Source of the DNA: a virus
DNA: 64,000 nt
Reading direction: 5' to 3' (one strand)
Virus record (IMG/VR): IMGVR_UViG_3300044620_001904
Coordinates: 1 to 64,000 of that record
Shown: positions 20,270-30,880 of the stretch, piece after piece
Numbering within the stretch: position 1 is the first letter of the stretch
Layout of the letters: each line of letters opens with the position of its first letter
The notes under the pieces: generated by a model
Databases searched by the model: none
What the model saw: the letters and a program-made list of their open reading frames with translations, nothing else
Told to the model about the DNA's origin: nothing
Made by a program: the position numbers and the translations under genes

Positions 20270-22132
20270 TTATCTCAATTCATTCAAATCAAATGTACGA
20301 ACTCCATCAACGGTAATGCGGCCATAGAAGCGGTTATTTACCATTTTTTTCGCGTATCTTGTCATAATCCCTTTAATTGGTGTGAAATTAAATGGATTGT
20401 ACATAGTTGGAGTTAATTGAAGTGGTACATACGGTGCGTAAATGTAACCTGTGTCAAGTAACGAAGTACCTTTATGACCAATCAACACAGTGTTTGCTGG
20501 GAAGTATGGGTCACGATAAACTTGGTAACGACCAGCTAAAGTACCTACTCTTTCAATACCCATGTTGTATTGATCTTGCTCAGGTGAAGCGTTTGATACG
20601 TGGAAATATTCCAAATCATCAAAAATTGCTGAAATTTCAGAAGACACGATAATCCAGTTTGCTCCACCACGAAGTGTAGATTTGTGGATTTGTGCCGAAA
20701 TTTGGTTGATCGCAGTAATCAACGTTTGGTTCCAGTCTTTTTGAGTGTATGGAGTAGTTCCTGAAGACAGTCTCTTCCATCCGTTGTAATCCCAACGTAG
20801 GTTCCAAGCCGCACCTTTACGTAAGTCACGTAAAATTTCACGGTCAATTTCTGCCGCAACTTGTTCAGAAAGTAATGCTGTTAATTCAGCCTCTGCATCG
20901 ATGTTGTGGAATGCCGCAACGTCTTGTGCAAGTTCAGGTGACCATTGTGCTCTTAATTTTCTTTCAGTTACAGAAACTGTTACTGATTCAAGATCAAATG
21001 ATACTTCACCGATTTTATCTTCGAATTCAAGTTCTTCGTAACGTCTGAAAGCCGCTTTGATTGGTGCATTTTCACCAGTACCTGACCATGCTGCCGTAGT
21101 GATTGTCGCCCCTGAATAACCATCTGGTGTTGACTGACCGCAAGAAACGCAAACAGGTACTTGAGCGTCAATTTCCAAATAAATAACACCTTCTTGGTTA
21201 CATACGTTGTCGAAATATCCACCATTTCCGGTAGAACCGAAAGAAGTTGGTACTGAAGAATATGTCGGTGCTACAATTCCTTTACCGTATCTCTGAGTCA
21301 CCACTCTAAATAAAAGAGGTGTGTAAACATTAGCCGTACTATCTGTTAGTTCATCAGCAACTGTTGAATTTGCGGTATAAAGAACCAAATTCGATAGAAA
21401 TGATTCAGTATCAATTTCCTGACCATCAGGTCCAATTAATTTACCAACACCAAGATTTGTGAATCCTGATAGCGCAACAATAATTTTTCTATACTCCCCA
21501 GAAGTTAATCCTGTTGGTACTAACACACCGTTTGTCCATAGCACAGTTTGTGTGTTAGCGGTAATTGTTACAAAACGACCTTTAGAATAATCAAAAAGAC
21601 CGCCAGGGTTCAATCCAGGTTCAGTTCCTTCATAGAACAAATCATAAAGATTTTTAGCAGCAGTTCCGAATGGTTGACCTGTACCTGAATTATATCCAGC
21701 GTTAGGATCACCAGGATAATTTCCAGGAGAACCTACAGGTGCATAGTGGTCGCCTGATGTGATATTTACACCATTAACAACTGAACCACCTGAGTAACCC
21801 TGAATTTTAGGTACAAAGTAGAACAATTTACCGATTGGTAAGTTCATTGCTTGTACAGAAACGATTTCGTTCGCTAACAATTTAGAAAAAACACGTCTAA
21901 CAATAGGAAATACAACAGTTTCAAAAGAACCTGAAGATGAGTCAGAAGTTGCTTCGTTTATTAAAAATGACGCTTGGTTTTCGTAAAGCTGCGCCACATT
22001 TTCTTTTAGGTGACCTCTTAGGCCTTCAAGGAACCCTAATTTGTCCCATTTGTTGATTGTGTCTTCTTTGATAACTTTAAGGTGTTTCAACCCTATGTTA
22101 CCAACAAGACCTGATTCTAATAATGCTCCCAT
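20270..22132 (-). CDS. Major capsid protein (T4 gp23-like)
   Basis: VSVQAMNLPIG, RKLRAQWSPELAQD, HNIDAEAEL, EIDREI, YAPYVPL and KGIMTRY motifs. Confidence 0.96.
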   Translation of the reverse strand: MGALLESGLVGNIGLKHLKVIKEDTINKWDKLGFLEGLRGHLKENVAQLYENQASFLINEATSDSSSGSFETVVFPIVRRVFSKLLANEIVSVQAMNLPIGKLFYFVPKIQGYSGGSVVNGVNITSGDHYAPVGSPGNYPGDPNAGYNSGTGQPFGTAAKNLYDLFYEGTEPGLNPGGLFDYSKGRFVTITANTQTVLWTNGVLVPTGLTSGEYRKIIVALSGFTNLGVGKLIGPDGQEIDTESFLSNLVLYTANSTVADELTDSTANVYTPLLFRVVTQRYGKGIVAPTYSSVPTSFGSTGNGGYFDNVCNQEGVIYLEIDAQVPVCVSCGQSTPDGYSGATITTAAWSGTGENAPIKAAFRRYEELEFEDKIGEVSFDLESVTVSVTERKLRAQWSPELAQDVAAFHNIDAEAELTALLSEQVAAEIDREILRDLRKGAAWNLRWDYNGWKRLSSGTTPYTQKDWNQTLITAINQISAQIHKSTLRGGANWIIVSSEISAIFDDLEYFHVSNASPEQDQYNMGIERVGTLAGRYQVYRDPYFPANTVLIGHKGTSLLDTGYIYAPYVPLQLTPTMYNPFNFTPIKGIMTRYAKKMVNNRFYGRITVDGVRTFDLNELR

Positions 22133-22166
22133 TTTTTATTGGATTTTTATTTTTTTAGTTTATTTT

Positions 22167-23678
22167 TTATTTTGAAATTTTTGCCATGATATCTTTCATT
22201 CTCAAAAACTGAGGATTTTCATAAGTTTTTGATTCGATCAAATTGGTCGCAGATCCCGATGATGGTGATCTGTCAATTTTACCTTCAATTGATTCACTTA
22301 TCGAACCTTTTGTTTGAGAAGGCGAAAGTTCATTTTTGATTGTACGATACAAATTTTTAGATTCTTTGATAGTTTCAACATCGTCAAATCTTCTTAAAAT
22401 GTTAATTTTTTCTTGTTTTGATGTTGAGTGTTCAGTGAATAATCTTGTAGCGTAAGCTAGATTAGAATTGAAAACTGCAACTTCATTAAGTTTATCTCTA
22501 AAAACATTTAAAGCTTTGCGATATTCTTCATTTTTCTCTCTAAGAACTTGAATTTGTTGTTCGTATTTTTGTTCGTCAATGTTAATGTTGGATTTTGAGT
22601 AAGCTCTTGGTTTTGGTAAACCTCCTTTTCTAAATTTACTTCCCATACCTAATGTACGAGCAGCTTCCTTAGTTTCTTCTTTTTTCTTAAAAGGTTTCAT
22701 TTCCTTTTTAACAACATCGGAAATATCTTTTTTACCTTCTTTGAATTCGAATTTCGGACCTTTGCCAATACCAACACCTTTTGTTCCTTGTTTCATTTTT
22801 TCTTTGAATCCACCTGATGGTTTTTTATATGAGAATTTAGGTTTTCCGATTTTAGCTCCTTTTCCAATTTTTGGTTTTGTGGATTCCATTTGGTAACCTT
22901 CATCCTCTTCTTCATCAATTTCAATCTCATAAACTACCTCGTCATCATATGATTCTTCCATTTTTTCGGAATCAGAACCAAAAACTTGATTAACAATAGA
23001 GTCGATATCCATTTCTTCTTCGTCCATCGTAATTGTTTCATCTTCTTCTTGATAGGATTCTTCCATTTCGTCATAAGATTCATCTATTTCTTCTTCGGAT
23101 TCTTCCATTTCGTCATAAGATTCATCCATTTCTTCTTCGGATTCTTCCATCTCGTCGTACATTTCATCCATTTCTTCTTCGGATTCCATTTGGATCATAT
23201 ATTCCTTATCAGTGTTTTCGTCTTTTAAATTAACCATGTTGTTGTCTTTTTTTACTATAACACCATCATTCTCATCCATTGCTAAGAAAACCTTTAATAG
23301 ATCTTCATCAGAAATTTCAGAACCTGATAAATCTATTACATCTTCATCATCAGACATTGTGGTATCTTCAATATCAGAATCCGTATCAAAATCCATTTCA
23401 TCCTCATCGGAATCAATATCCATATCCATTTCATCCTCATCGGAATCAATATCCATATCCATTTCTTCTTCATCAGAATCAGTGTCAATTTCTACTTCAT
23501 CATCTGTTTCAATCTCGTCATCTTCACCTTGTTCAGATACGATAGATTCTTTTACTAAATCTTTGATTTCTTGCTTCATTGTAGATGCAAGTATTCCTTT
23601 TGCATTTTCGGCTACCGCTTCTTCCAAATTCCTCATTTGTATAAGAGCGTCTTCGACTAAATTTTTTTCTTTTGCCAT
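22167..23678 (-). CDS. Prohead scaffolding/core protein (gp22-like)
   Basis: Very acidic and coiled-coil; lies between protease and capsid genes. Confidence 0.75.
   Translation of the reverse strand: MAKEKNLVEDALIQMRNLEEAVAENAKGILASTMKQEIKDLVKESIVSEQGEDDEIETDDEVEIDTDSDEEEMDMDIDSDEDEMDMDIDSDEDEMDFDTDSDIEDTTMSDDEDVIDLSGSEISDEDLLKVFLAMDENDGVIVKKDNNMVNLKDENTDKEYMIQMESEEEMDEMYDEMEESEEEMDESYDEMEESEEEIDESYDEMEESYQEEDETITMDEEEMDIDSIVNQVFGSDSEKMEESYDDEVVYEIEIDEEEDEGYQMESTKPKIGKGAKIGKPKFSYKKPSGGFKEKMKQGTKGVGIGKGPKFEFKEGKKDISDVVKKEMKPFKKKEETKEAARTLGMGSKFRKGGLPKPRAYSKSNINIDEQKYEQQIQVLREKNEEYRKALNVFRDKLNEVAVFNSNLAYATRLFTEHSTSKQEKINILRRFDDVETIKESKNLYRTIKNELSPSQTKGSISESIEGKIDRSPSSGSATNLIESKTYENPQFLRMKDIMAKISK
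23058..23190 (-). repeat. 42-nt tandem repeat (about 3 copies, EMEESEEEMDESYD) in the scaffold gene
   Basis: Repeats of ttcttccatttcgtcataagattcat...; a second 30-nt repeat (DIDSDEDEMD) lies at about 23391-23470. Confidence 0.8.
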
Positions 23679-23770
23679 TTTAAAAATGTTTTATTTTTTC
23701 ATATAAATATTGCTATTTTGAAAAAAAACCATTTTTAATACGTTTTTGCTAAAAAAAACTTAAATAAATA

Positions 23771-23800
23771 AAAAAAGGGAACCTTTTGGGTTCCCTTTTT
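23771..23800. terminator. Intrinsic terminator
   Basis: AAAAAGGGAACC-TTTTG-GGTTCCCTTTTT. Confidence 0.75.
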
Positions 23801-23824
23801 CATAGAAAAAATTAATTAATATAA

Positions 23825-24040
23825 TTAAATGACCTCTATAACTTCGTCAATTTTACTTTCAGCGATTGAAGTAATTCTCCAATCAAATGTTAAATCTTGA
23901 TATCTTTTTGTAATTTTCGCTTCAATATCGGTAGGATTATAACCCTTGACAAGCTTTTCTTCTTTTACTTTTTTTATTTTTCCAGTTTCTTGATCAGGAA
24001 ATTCATAATAAAGTTTTGCGATAAAATATTTTTCGTTCAT
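23825..24040 (-). CDS. Small hypothetical protein (DUF4494-like)
   Basis: GKIKKVKEEKLV...TDIEAKI...SIAESKIDEV pattern. Confidence 0.45.
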   Translation of the reverse strand: MNEKYFIAKLYYEFPDQETGKIKKVKEEKLVKGYNPTDIEAKITKRYQDLTFDWRITSIAESKIDEVIEVI

Positions 24041-24089
24041 AAATTAAGTTTTAATGAAATATGATATTTTTTTTTTAGAAAATCAAGTT

Positions 24090-24818
24090 TTATTTATTTA
24101 AATAAGTGTTCAAACGTTTCATTAAATCTAATGACTTGTTCGCTTCAGGTCCAACTTGCCTTTCCCTTTGAATTTGTTTCTCTTCTTCCAAATTCTCTTC
24201 AAAGTTACTTTTATCTTCAGGATTTAAAAATAAATAAGCTCCAGGTGTTGATGGAGAAGAAACTAAGTCAAAACAAATAAGTTCAAAATCATCCTGAACT
24301 TCATTTTGTTCTCCAATCTTTTTTAAAGATCCAACACCCCTTGATGAAATTCCCAAAGTTACACCTTGTCTTAAATAATTTGCCGCCAAATCACCCTTAG
24401 TGGAACAAACCCCCCTTTCATGAAATCCTGGTGATGTTAATAATCTTAATTTACCCATTAAAATCTTACCGTCCCACCATACATCAGTTATAATGTGAGA
24501 TACTCTATCCAAATCAATCAATGATGATTCCGGGTGATTTAATTCAGATAATGAAACCCCTTTATTGATTATTTTTTTGTAATTTTCAGCCTCCCTTTTT
24601 AAAATTTTTTCAGGGTAAATTCTACCGTTCCTATTAGGTGTGTCATATTTCTGTAATACCGCATAAAATTCAAACGGTTTGCTATAATCCAAAAAATTTT
24701 TCGATTCCTTTAAAATATTTTGATTCCCAAATTCTTTAGGTGATATATATCCGGCATCTTCTTCAATCAAAATACCCTTACCTGATTCGTAGGCTTTTAA
24801 AATTTTAAGTTCTTTCAT
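24090..24818 (-). CDS. Prohead protease (T4 gp21-like)
   Basis: NRNGRIYP, ELNHP, RVSH, GISSRGVGS and FDLVSSPSTPGA motifs. Confidence 0.95.
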   Translation of the reverse strand: MKELKILKAYESGKGILIEEDAGYISPKEFGNQNILKESKNFLDYSKPFEFYAVLQKYDTPNRNGRIYPEKILKREAENYKKIINKGVSLSELNHPESSLIDLDRVSHIITDVWWDGKILMGKLRLLTSPGFHERGVCSTKGDLAANYLRQGVTLGISSRGVGSLKKIGEQNEVQDDFELICFDLVSSPSTPGAYLFLNPEDKSNFEENLEEEKQIQRERQVGPEANKSLDLMKRLNTYLNK

Positions 24819-24848
24819 TTTTATATTTTTATATAAATACTTTGAACT

Positions 24849-25307
24849 TTATATTTCTACCTCAACCAATTGTGATTTATCTTTTTTGGTAATGTGAAAA
24901 TTAAAATAATCGTTATTTTTGAATATTTCTTGATGAATACAGCTTACTATTTTTTTAACAGATTTTTTTAGAGTTGTTGATTTAAAATCCATTTCCTCTA
25001 AAAGATATAGATTAATCTCTAAATTCATAAATGACCTTTTTTTGTATTGTATTCCACTTGTTCGTAAATCTAAATCAACAATAAATTTTTCGTCAAATAA
25101 ACTTCTGTCAATACAGTTATAAACTGAATGTTTCACTGATCTTGACATATTTAACACAACCCTCGTCCAATTATTAAAATCGTCTTTTGGTTCTACCCAT
25201 GTTTGAATGTTTATGTAAATTGATTTTAAACTTTTTGAATCTACTGTACCATAATTAACTTTTGATGATCTAAACCCGCTTATTTTTGCGGTTTTTCCTT
25301 TTTTCAT
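24849..25307 (-). CDS. Hypothetical protein (head module)
   Basis: ORF within the head cluster. Confidence 0.55.
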   Translation of the reverse strand: MKKGKTAKISGFRSSKVNYGTVDSKSLKSIYINIQTWVEPKDDFNNWTRVVLNMSRSVKHSVYNCIDRSLFDEKFIVDLDLRTSGIQYKKRSFMNLEINLYLLEEMDFKSTTLKKSVKKIVSCIHQEIFKNNDYFNFHITKKDKSQLVEVEI

Positions 25308-25373
25308 TCTCTCATTTTTTCCATGTTTATTGTTATGAAAAAAAATTAGATGATTATTATCAAATTGTCAAAA

Positions 25374-26099
25374 TTATATGTTATTAACCAAGTTTTTCAA
25401 TCGGAAATATTCTAAACGATCAAATTTTTTTCTTTTGATGGTGTCTATTGTTTCTGAAATTGTATTTTTAACATTTTGGTCATCTTCATTTTCCATAGCA
25501 ACAACAAGTTTAACAACAGCCTCATCTTTAAAAGAATTATATTTTTCCATTAAAACCTGATCACTTTCGTTTAATAATGATGTAAGTTCTTTTTTTTCTG
25601 ATTCATTCAAAGTTGAAATAAAATCGTCAATTGTTTTATTTGCGATCTTAACCATAGAAGATATCGGAAGATAAATTGGAGTTTTTTCCTCAATTATCTC
25701 TTTTTTCATTAATGTCTCAACTATAGCATGTTTGCTTTTAACTTTATTTTCCAAAAATGCAACATCATATGAATTATAAAATAAATTATCAATTGTGATG
25801 TATTGATTATGCGAATTAATTCCAATTGTCCATTTTCTTATTCTATCCAAATCACTTCTATCTATTTTGTTTGATATGTTTTCAAACATAGTTATTGATT
25901 CAAAAACAAAATCTTCTGCAACATTTTTATCATATCCTTTGTTTGATGATAATTCATCATATAGATAAAATAATTTTGATATGTTTTTATTTGATAAAAC
26001 ATTCTTGTTAAAATTTTTTATTTCTTCTTTAAAAGTACCTTTTGTGTAAGCTTCAGATAATAATTTTTCAACTTTTGATTTTAATACACCTATTTTCAT
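25374..26099 (-). CDS. Hypothetical head-assembly protein
   Basis: Between portal and protease; late promoter. Confidence 0.55.
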   Translation of the reverse strand: MKIGVLKSKVEKLLSEAYTKGTFKEEIKNFNKNVLSNKNISKLFYLYDELSSNKGYDKNVAEDFVFESITMFENISNKIDRSDLDRIRKWTIGINSHNQYITIDNLFYNSYDVAFLENKVKSKHAIVETLMKKEIIEEKTPIYLPISSMVKIANKTIDDFISTLNESEKKELTSLLNESDQVLMEKYNSFKDEAVVKLVVAMENEDDQNVKNTISETIDTIKRKKFDRLEYFRLKNLVNNI

Positions 26100-26123
26100 T
26101 TTTTTTCTGTTTTAATATAAATA

Positions 26124-29039
26124 TCAATCATTTAATAATCTGTCAAGTTCATCGCCAATATCACCCAAAGAATTTCTTGCCTTTGACAAATCAATAAAAT
26201 CATCGTCACTTAGCATATCATTTCGTTCAAGCAAAATGTTCATATTATCTCTTATTTTTGATTCTGGCGTTACACCCGCTTCACCACCTGGTTCAGGTGC
26301 TGGTGGTGGAGGTGGAGGTGGTGGAGCTTCAGATCCCAATCCTCCCATATCTCCCATACCACCAGGCGGTGGTGGTGGAGCGGTACCGGCAGCTGCAGTT
26401 GTCCCTGTTTGCTGACCGTATAATTTATCAACATTGTCAAATATTCCTGTATGAACTATAATTGTTGCAGTATTTGTTAATTCAGCACCAACCGCTTTTT
26501 CAATTCTTTGCTGTTGTAGATCAAGTTTAATTTCTTCATCAGAAAAACCTAACACATGTTTTTTAGCCCACGAAACTGATACAGGGGCAATTCCTTCAAT
26601 AGCGGTAACTGCATCTTTATAAAGCAACATTTTTTCCTTCCAAACATCTATACCTAATAAATCCGCTTGTTTTGAAGGATTATTTAATCCCAACGTAAAA
26701 TTACTTAATTCATCTTCAAATCCCAATAAAAATAAATGAATAATTGCAATTTTATTCATTTCAGATAACATACTTTTTTGAATCCTATTTATTGTTCTTG
26801 CAAAACGAATATCCATTAAAGATAAATTTTTTCCATCGCCGACTGGTTCCTCAAAACCTAAAAACGCTTTTGGCACCCGAAGCGCGGTTAATAATTTCTT
26901 TTGAATATACTCGATGTCGGCAATTTCTGATAAGTTTTGAGCTCCGGGTAAAGTGTCTATTGGACTCGCTTGAGCCGGATCTCTAACAGGAACAAAATAA
27001 TCTTGATCAACTGCCATTTGATTAAATCTCATATCAACATTTCCTGTTTTATGATCAACAACTTGTTGGCGTTTGAATTTGTTTGCAACACGATTAACAT
27101 AAGCTTCAACATCTTGATCATCCATATTTCCCACAAACACTTTAAAGATTCTTCTTTCGGGTGCTCTTGATGTACGGTAAATTAACATCGCATCCTCGGC
27201 CAAAATTAATTGTTTCCAAATACGTCTTGCTTTTTCCAACATTGAATTATGAACAACGACTCCATTTGCATAAAAATTATGATTTTCGTTTTCAACGTAT
27301 ATATCATAAGTTTCAAATTCACCAATATCTATTATTTTGGTTATCGGTTCTAAAATGTAATCGGAGCTTTTTCTATTAATATTATCGTGCTTTAAAGTTT
27401 GTTCTAATAAAGTGTCATAAAATGTTAAGCTATAGCTTGGATTAGAGGAATTTATTTCTCTACCTTCAATAACAGCGTTTTTCTTTCTTTCTCTTTTTCT
27501 AATAGAACCTGATTTATATCCGATTCTTTGACAAAGATTTTTTACATCTTTAACTAAAGATTCGTTACATAATTCTATATTTAAATGAGTTGACCATTTA
27601 TCCTGAACGACCCAACCATCAGCGTCGATAAGACCCTCAAGAAATGATTTTTGAATTTTTTTATCACAATAAAAAATCCATTCAGGTAATCTTTTAGTCA
27701 TGGCTTTACCATAAAATCCCATACGTTCTAAAATTGTTTTTAAACATTTTGACCATACAAGACATTGGGATTCTCTACCCTTATCATCTTCTATTATTTT
27801 AACAGGATTTTTAGAATATTTATTTAAAACTCCAATATAAAAATCATTCAAATCATCATATTCCGATAATGCAAAATAAACACCGTTACCGGAAATCCAA
27901 CCATCACCAATCATAAATCCAAAAAATCTAGCAAATTCTTCATCAACAAAGTCAGGTATTAAATCAACGCTGTTGAACCATCCGTTTTTATTTTCGTCAG
28001 GTAACGATTTATCAATTGCAACTGGTACGTGTTTATGTTCGGATTTATCTATTATCAATAAATCACCAACTTTTAATTCTAAAGTGTTTTTATAGATAAA
28101 TTCATTATTCTCAATTGTCAAAATTTTATGTTCTTCAGACGCTTCAATAAAATTATGTTTTGTATGAATTTGATAACAAGTTTTAACACCAGACTTTACC
28201 GTATCTAACACTTTTGATAGTACTTTTTTTTCTGTGTTTAAATCGAAAGACCACACCAAGTCACCCTTTTGTATGTGTTGAATTTCCTTTATACCAAACT
28301 CAGTGTCAATTTTTGTATCAAATTTCAAGCAAGTTCCATAGGGAAGTTTTCTATCATCACCCAACAATCTGAAATGTGCAATTTCCCAAGAATTAAATTC
28401 CATATCCCTCGCTTTCCAAGTAAATTTTAAACCAGTGTTTCTTGGATCTGTCTCCTTATTGTAAGTTTTAGATGCCATACCCATTTCTAATCTTTCAATT
28501 TCTATGTTAGGTAATTGCATACAACCAACGACACCTTTTTCGGGGTCTAATTTTAAATAAACGAAATTATCACCATACTTACATGTATTACGAGTCCACA
28601 TAGGTAAGTTGGTATTAACATCAAGGGCATTGTTAAATAAATCTGATAATATAGATTTAATTCTTTGCGAATCAGAATAAACCTGAACCATTAACCCATC
28701 TTGATTTACTGTTGTTGATTCTTCACCGTATATGTCAAGAGCTGCTGAAATTTCGGGTGTGTACTCCATACTTTCAAAATCATAAAAAGATGCCAATCTT
28801 GTTGGTTCGTAATATGTTGCCTGTGTATATAAATTGTTTTCAATTTTTGTCCATTGGTTGGCAAGATAATAAGTTTGCTGAGCTTGCAACTTCTCTTTTT
28901 CAAATTGATCTTTAGAAGTTGTTTTTAATAATTCCTTTTTATCGTATTGGTATGTTGGATAATCTTGACCCAATAATGAATAAGGTCCGAATGTTTGTGT
29001 TAGGCGCTGCCAAACTGTAAGATTTTTATTATTTTCCAT
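26124..29039 (-). CDS. Portal protein (T4 gp20-like) containing an intein
   Basis: EDAMLIYRTSRAPERRIF, IDTLPG and ALRVPKAFL motifs; Pro-rich C-terminal tail. Confidence 0.93.
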   Translation of the reverse strand: MENNKNLTVWQRLTQTFGPYSLLGQDYPTYQYDKKELLKTTSKDQFEKEKLQAQQTYYLANQWTKIENNLYTQATYYEPTRLASFYDFESMEYTPEISAALDIYGEESTTVNQDGLMVQVYSDSQRIKSILSDLFNNALDVNTNLPMWTRNTCKYGDNFVYLKLDPEKGVVGCMQLPNIEIERLEMGMASKTYNKETDPRNTGLKFTWKARDMEFNSWEIAHFRLLGDDRKLPYGTCLKFDTKIDTEFGIKEIQHIQKGDLVWSFDLNTEKKVLSKVLDTVKSGVKTCYQIHTKHNFIEASEEHKILTIENNEFIYKNTLELKVGDLLIIDKSEHKHVPVAIDKSLPDENKNGWFNSVDLIPDFVDEEFARFFGFMIGDGWISGNGVYFALSEYDDLNDFYIGVLNKYSKNPVKIIEDDKGRESQCLVWSKCLKTILERMGFYGKAMTKRLPEWIFYCDKKIQKSFLEGLIDADGWVVQDKWSTHLNIELCNESLVKDVKNLCQRIGYKSGSIRKRERKKNAVIEGREINSSNPSYSLTFYDTLLEQTLKHDNINRKSSDYILEPITKIIDIGEFETYDIYVENENHNFYANGVVVHNSMLEKARRIWKQLILAEDAMLIYRTSRAPERRIFKVFVGNMDDQDVEAYVNRVANKFKRQQVVDHKTGNVDMRFNQMAVDQDYFVPVRDPAQASPIDTLPGAQNLSEIADIEYIQKKLLTALRVPKAFLGFEEPVGDGKNLSLMDIRFARTINRIQKSMLSEMNKIAIIHLFLLGFEDELSNFTLGLNNPSKQADLLGIDVWKEKMLLYKDAVTAIEGIAPVSVSWAKKHVLGFSDEEIKLDLQQQRIEKAVGAELTNTATIIVHTGIFDNVDKLYGQQTGTTAAAGTAPPPPPGGMGDMGGLGSEAPPPPPPPPAPEPGGEAGVTPESKIRDNMNILLERNDMLSDDDFIDLSKARNSLGDIGDELDRLLND
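27246..28331 (-). mobile_element. Intein with LAGLIDADG endonuclease (362 aa) in the portal
   Basis: LPYGT|CLKFDT ... NFYANGVVVHN|SMLEK junctions; GFMIGDG and EGLIDADG blocks. Confidence 0.93.
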
Positions 29040-29101
29040 AATATAATATTAACTACAACAATAAATAGATAAACATCTATTTTGTAGCTAAAAAATAAAT
29101 A

Positions 29102-30877
29102 TCACCTCATACCACCAAAAAGCCAACCATATTTGACATAATCTTCTCTTGATGGTCCTGAATTAAAATTTGGATCTTGATATCGTGATGGTATGTTTGG
29201 TGACTGTGGATTAAATGCAATTGTTTTTGATGGTGTATCATCCACTTGAACTGTCCAAGAATTAATCATGGCCTTGGTCTGTTCTGTAACTTTTGTTAAT
29301 TGGCTAAAAGATGACTCGGCAACATATAACGCCATTGCAATTGACATAATTAGATCGTCGTGACCCCCCTTTTGATGATCCGGTCTTCCATTTATATACA
29401 CAAAATTATTCATTTCACCCCACAACCTTGAGCTTTTAACTACAAAATCGTGTCTGATGGCCTCCTCAAAAGAAGCAACAATTTGTACCCTTTTTGAATT
29501 GAAGTTAATTCCAGGAATTTTTTCAGCTTGTTTTGGATCGTATTTCCATTTATTTTGATAATCAACGCCATCAACATATAGGTTTTTGTAACCAAGTTCT
29601 TGCATTTTTCTTGATGTTGAAACTCCCATTCCTCCGGTTATATCAATAACAACAAATGCCGAATACATATTTGCCCATTTAAAACAAATTTCAGCCATAA
29701 CATCTGGAGGTATTTTTCCAACATATTCCGCAACCTGCTCCCTTGTATCAAAATCAATAATTTCAAATGTAGAATAATCATCACTATCTCCTCTTGAAAC
29801 ATCCACACCCATCACGTACTTATGTCCCATAACAGGTTCTTTCCATATCCATAATGAGTTTGACATCATTCTATTTTCAGGTTCAGCAATAAAATTTTCT
29901 TTTATTTTTTGAAGTATTTTTGAATCAAATACGTTGTCACCAGATCCAAGAAAGTTTGTTTCTAATTCCTGACTAACTTTTCTTTTATCGTATTTTAATT
30001 TTTTAACCATAGATTCAAACCAACTTGAGCTAGGTTTGAATCCCTCGTGAATATAATCTTTGATTTTTTGCTGATGTTCTAAATTTGTAACATCATAATC
30101 ATCAAATAGTATTATTTGATTTGGATTATAATTTTGTTTATTTAAAAAATAATCAATTATGTCTTCAGTTTTTACAAAATATAAATCTTTGGTGTATCTT
30201 GGATCTTTATACCAATACATCTCAGAGATTTTGAAATCGTTCATACCACGATTTGCCTGATCATAAATTTCATAATAAATCGGATCGTGACCGTTAGGTG
30301 TTGAAATAACGATAACTTTACCACCAGTTGATAACGATGCCATACAAGCTGACCAAAAATCTGAATCCGCCTCAATATAAGCAGCTTCGTCAAAAATTAA
30401 TATTGTTGGAGTGTAACCCCTTAACGCATCTTTTGATGTCGCGACCGCTTTTACCTCACACCCGTTTGTTAATTTATAATGTCTTTGTGAATTTTTTTCT
30501 TTTGTAAAACCAATATCAACCCACGAAGGCCATTGTTCAACAAAAGCCCTTATTTTATTTGCCATTTCTTGCGCAGTGTCAAGTTTATTGGCGATAATCA
30601 ATATTTTTTCAGGTTTTTGTTTTTTCGCAAATGCTAATTTTTTTGAAGCCCACGCCGCTGTAACTGTTGATACTCCGGCCTGTCTATATTTTAAGGCAAT
30701 GTTTTCATTATAATTTTCATAGTCGTCAAGTAAAGCTACTTGATCTGGAAATAACTCTAATGGAACGTATTTAGATACTGTATTATCGTAGGTCTGTAAA
30801 TATGTGCGAAGTGCGTAAGGGGTATCCTTTACGCACTTCACATATTCAATTAATACTTGTTCTTTTGTGTATGACAT
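29102..30877 (-). CDS. Terminase large subunit (T4 gp17-like)
   Basis: KYRQAGVST Walker A, IFDEAAYI Walker B, ISTPNG, GVDVSRG and HDDLIM motifs. Confidence 0.93.
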   Translation of the reverse strand: MSYTKEQVLIEYVKCVKDTPYALRTYLQTYDNTVSKYVPLELFPDQVALLDDYENYNENIALKYRQAGVSTVTAAWASKKLAFAKKQKPEKILIIANKLDTAQEMANKIRAFVEQWPSWVDIGFTKEKNSQRHYKLTNGCEVKAVATSKDALRGYTPTILIFDEAAYIEADSDFWSACMASLSTGGKVIVISTPNGHDPIYYEIYDQANRGMNDFKISEMYWYKDPRYTKDLYFVKTEDIIDYFLNKQNYNPNQIILFDDYDVTNLEHQQKIKDYIHEGFKPSSSWFESMVKKLKYDKRKVSQELETNFLGSGDNVFDSKILQKIKENFIAEPENRMMSNSLWIWKEPVMGHKYVMGVDVSRGDSDDYSTFEIIDFDTREQVAEYVGKIPPDVMAEICFKWANMYSAFVVIDITGGMGVSTSRKMQELGYKNLYVDGVDYQNKWKYDPKQAEKIPGINFNSKRVQIVASFEEAIRHDFVVKSSRLWGEMNNFVYINGRPDHQKGGHDDLIMSIAMALYVAESSFSQLTKVTEQTKAMINSWTVQVDDTPSKTIAFNPQSPNIPSRYQDPNFNSGPSREDYVKYGWLFGGMR

Positions 30878-30880
30878 TAA

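Noticed and set aside
22986-23706. Plus-strand Ser-rich or repetitive ORFs (also 33708..34055)
   Set aside because: Antisense shadows of acidic repeats in real minus-strand genes
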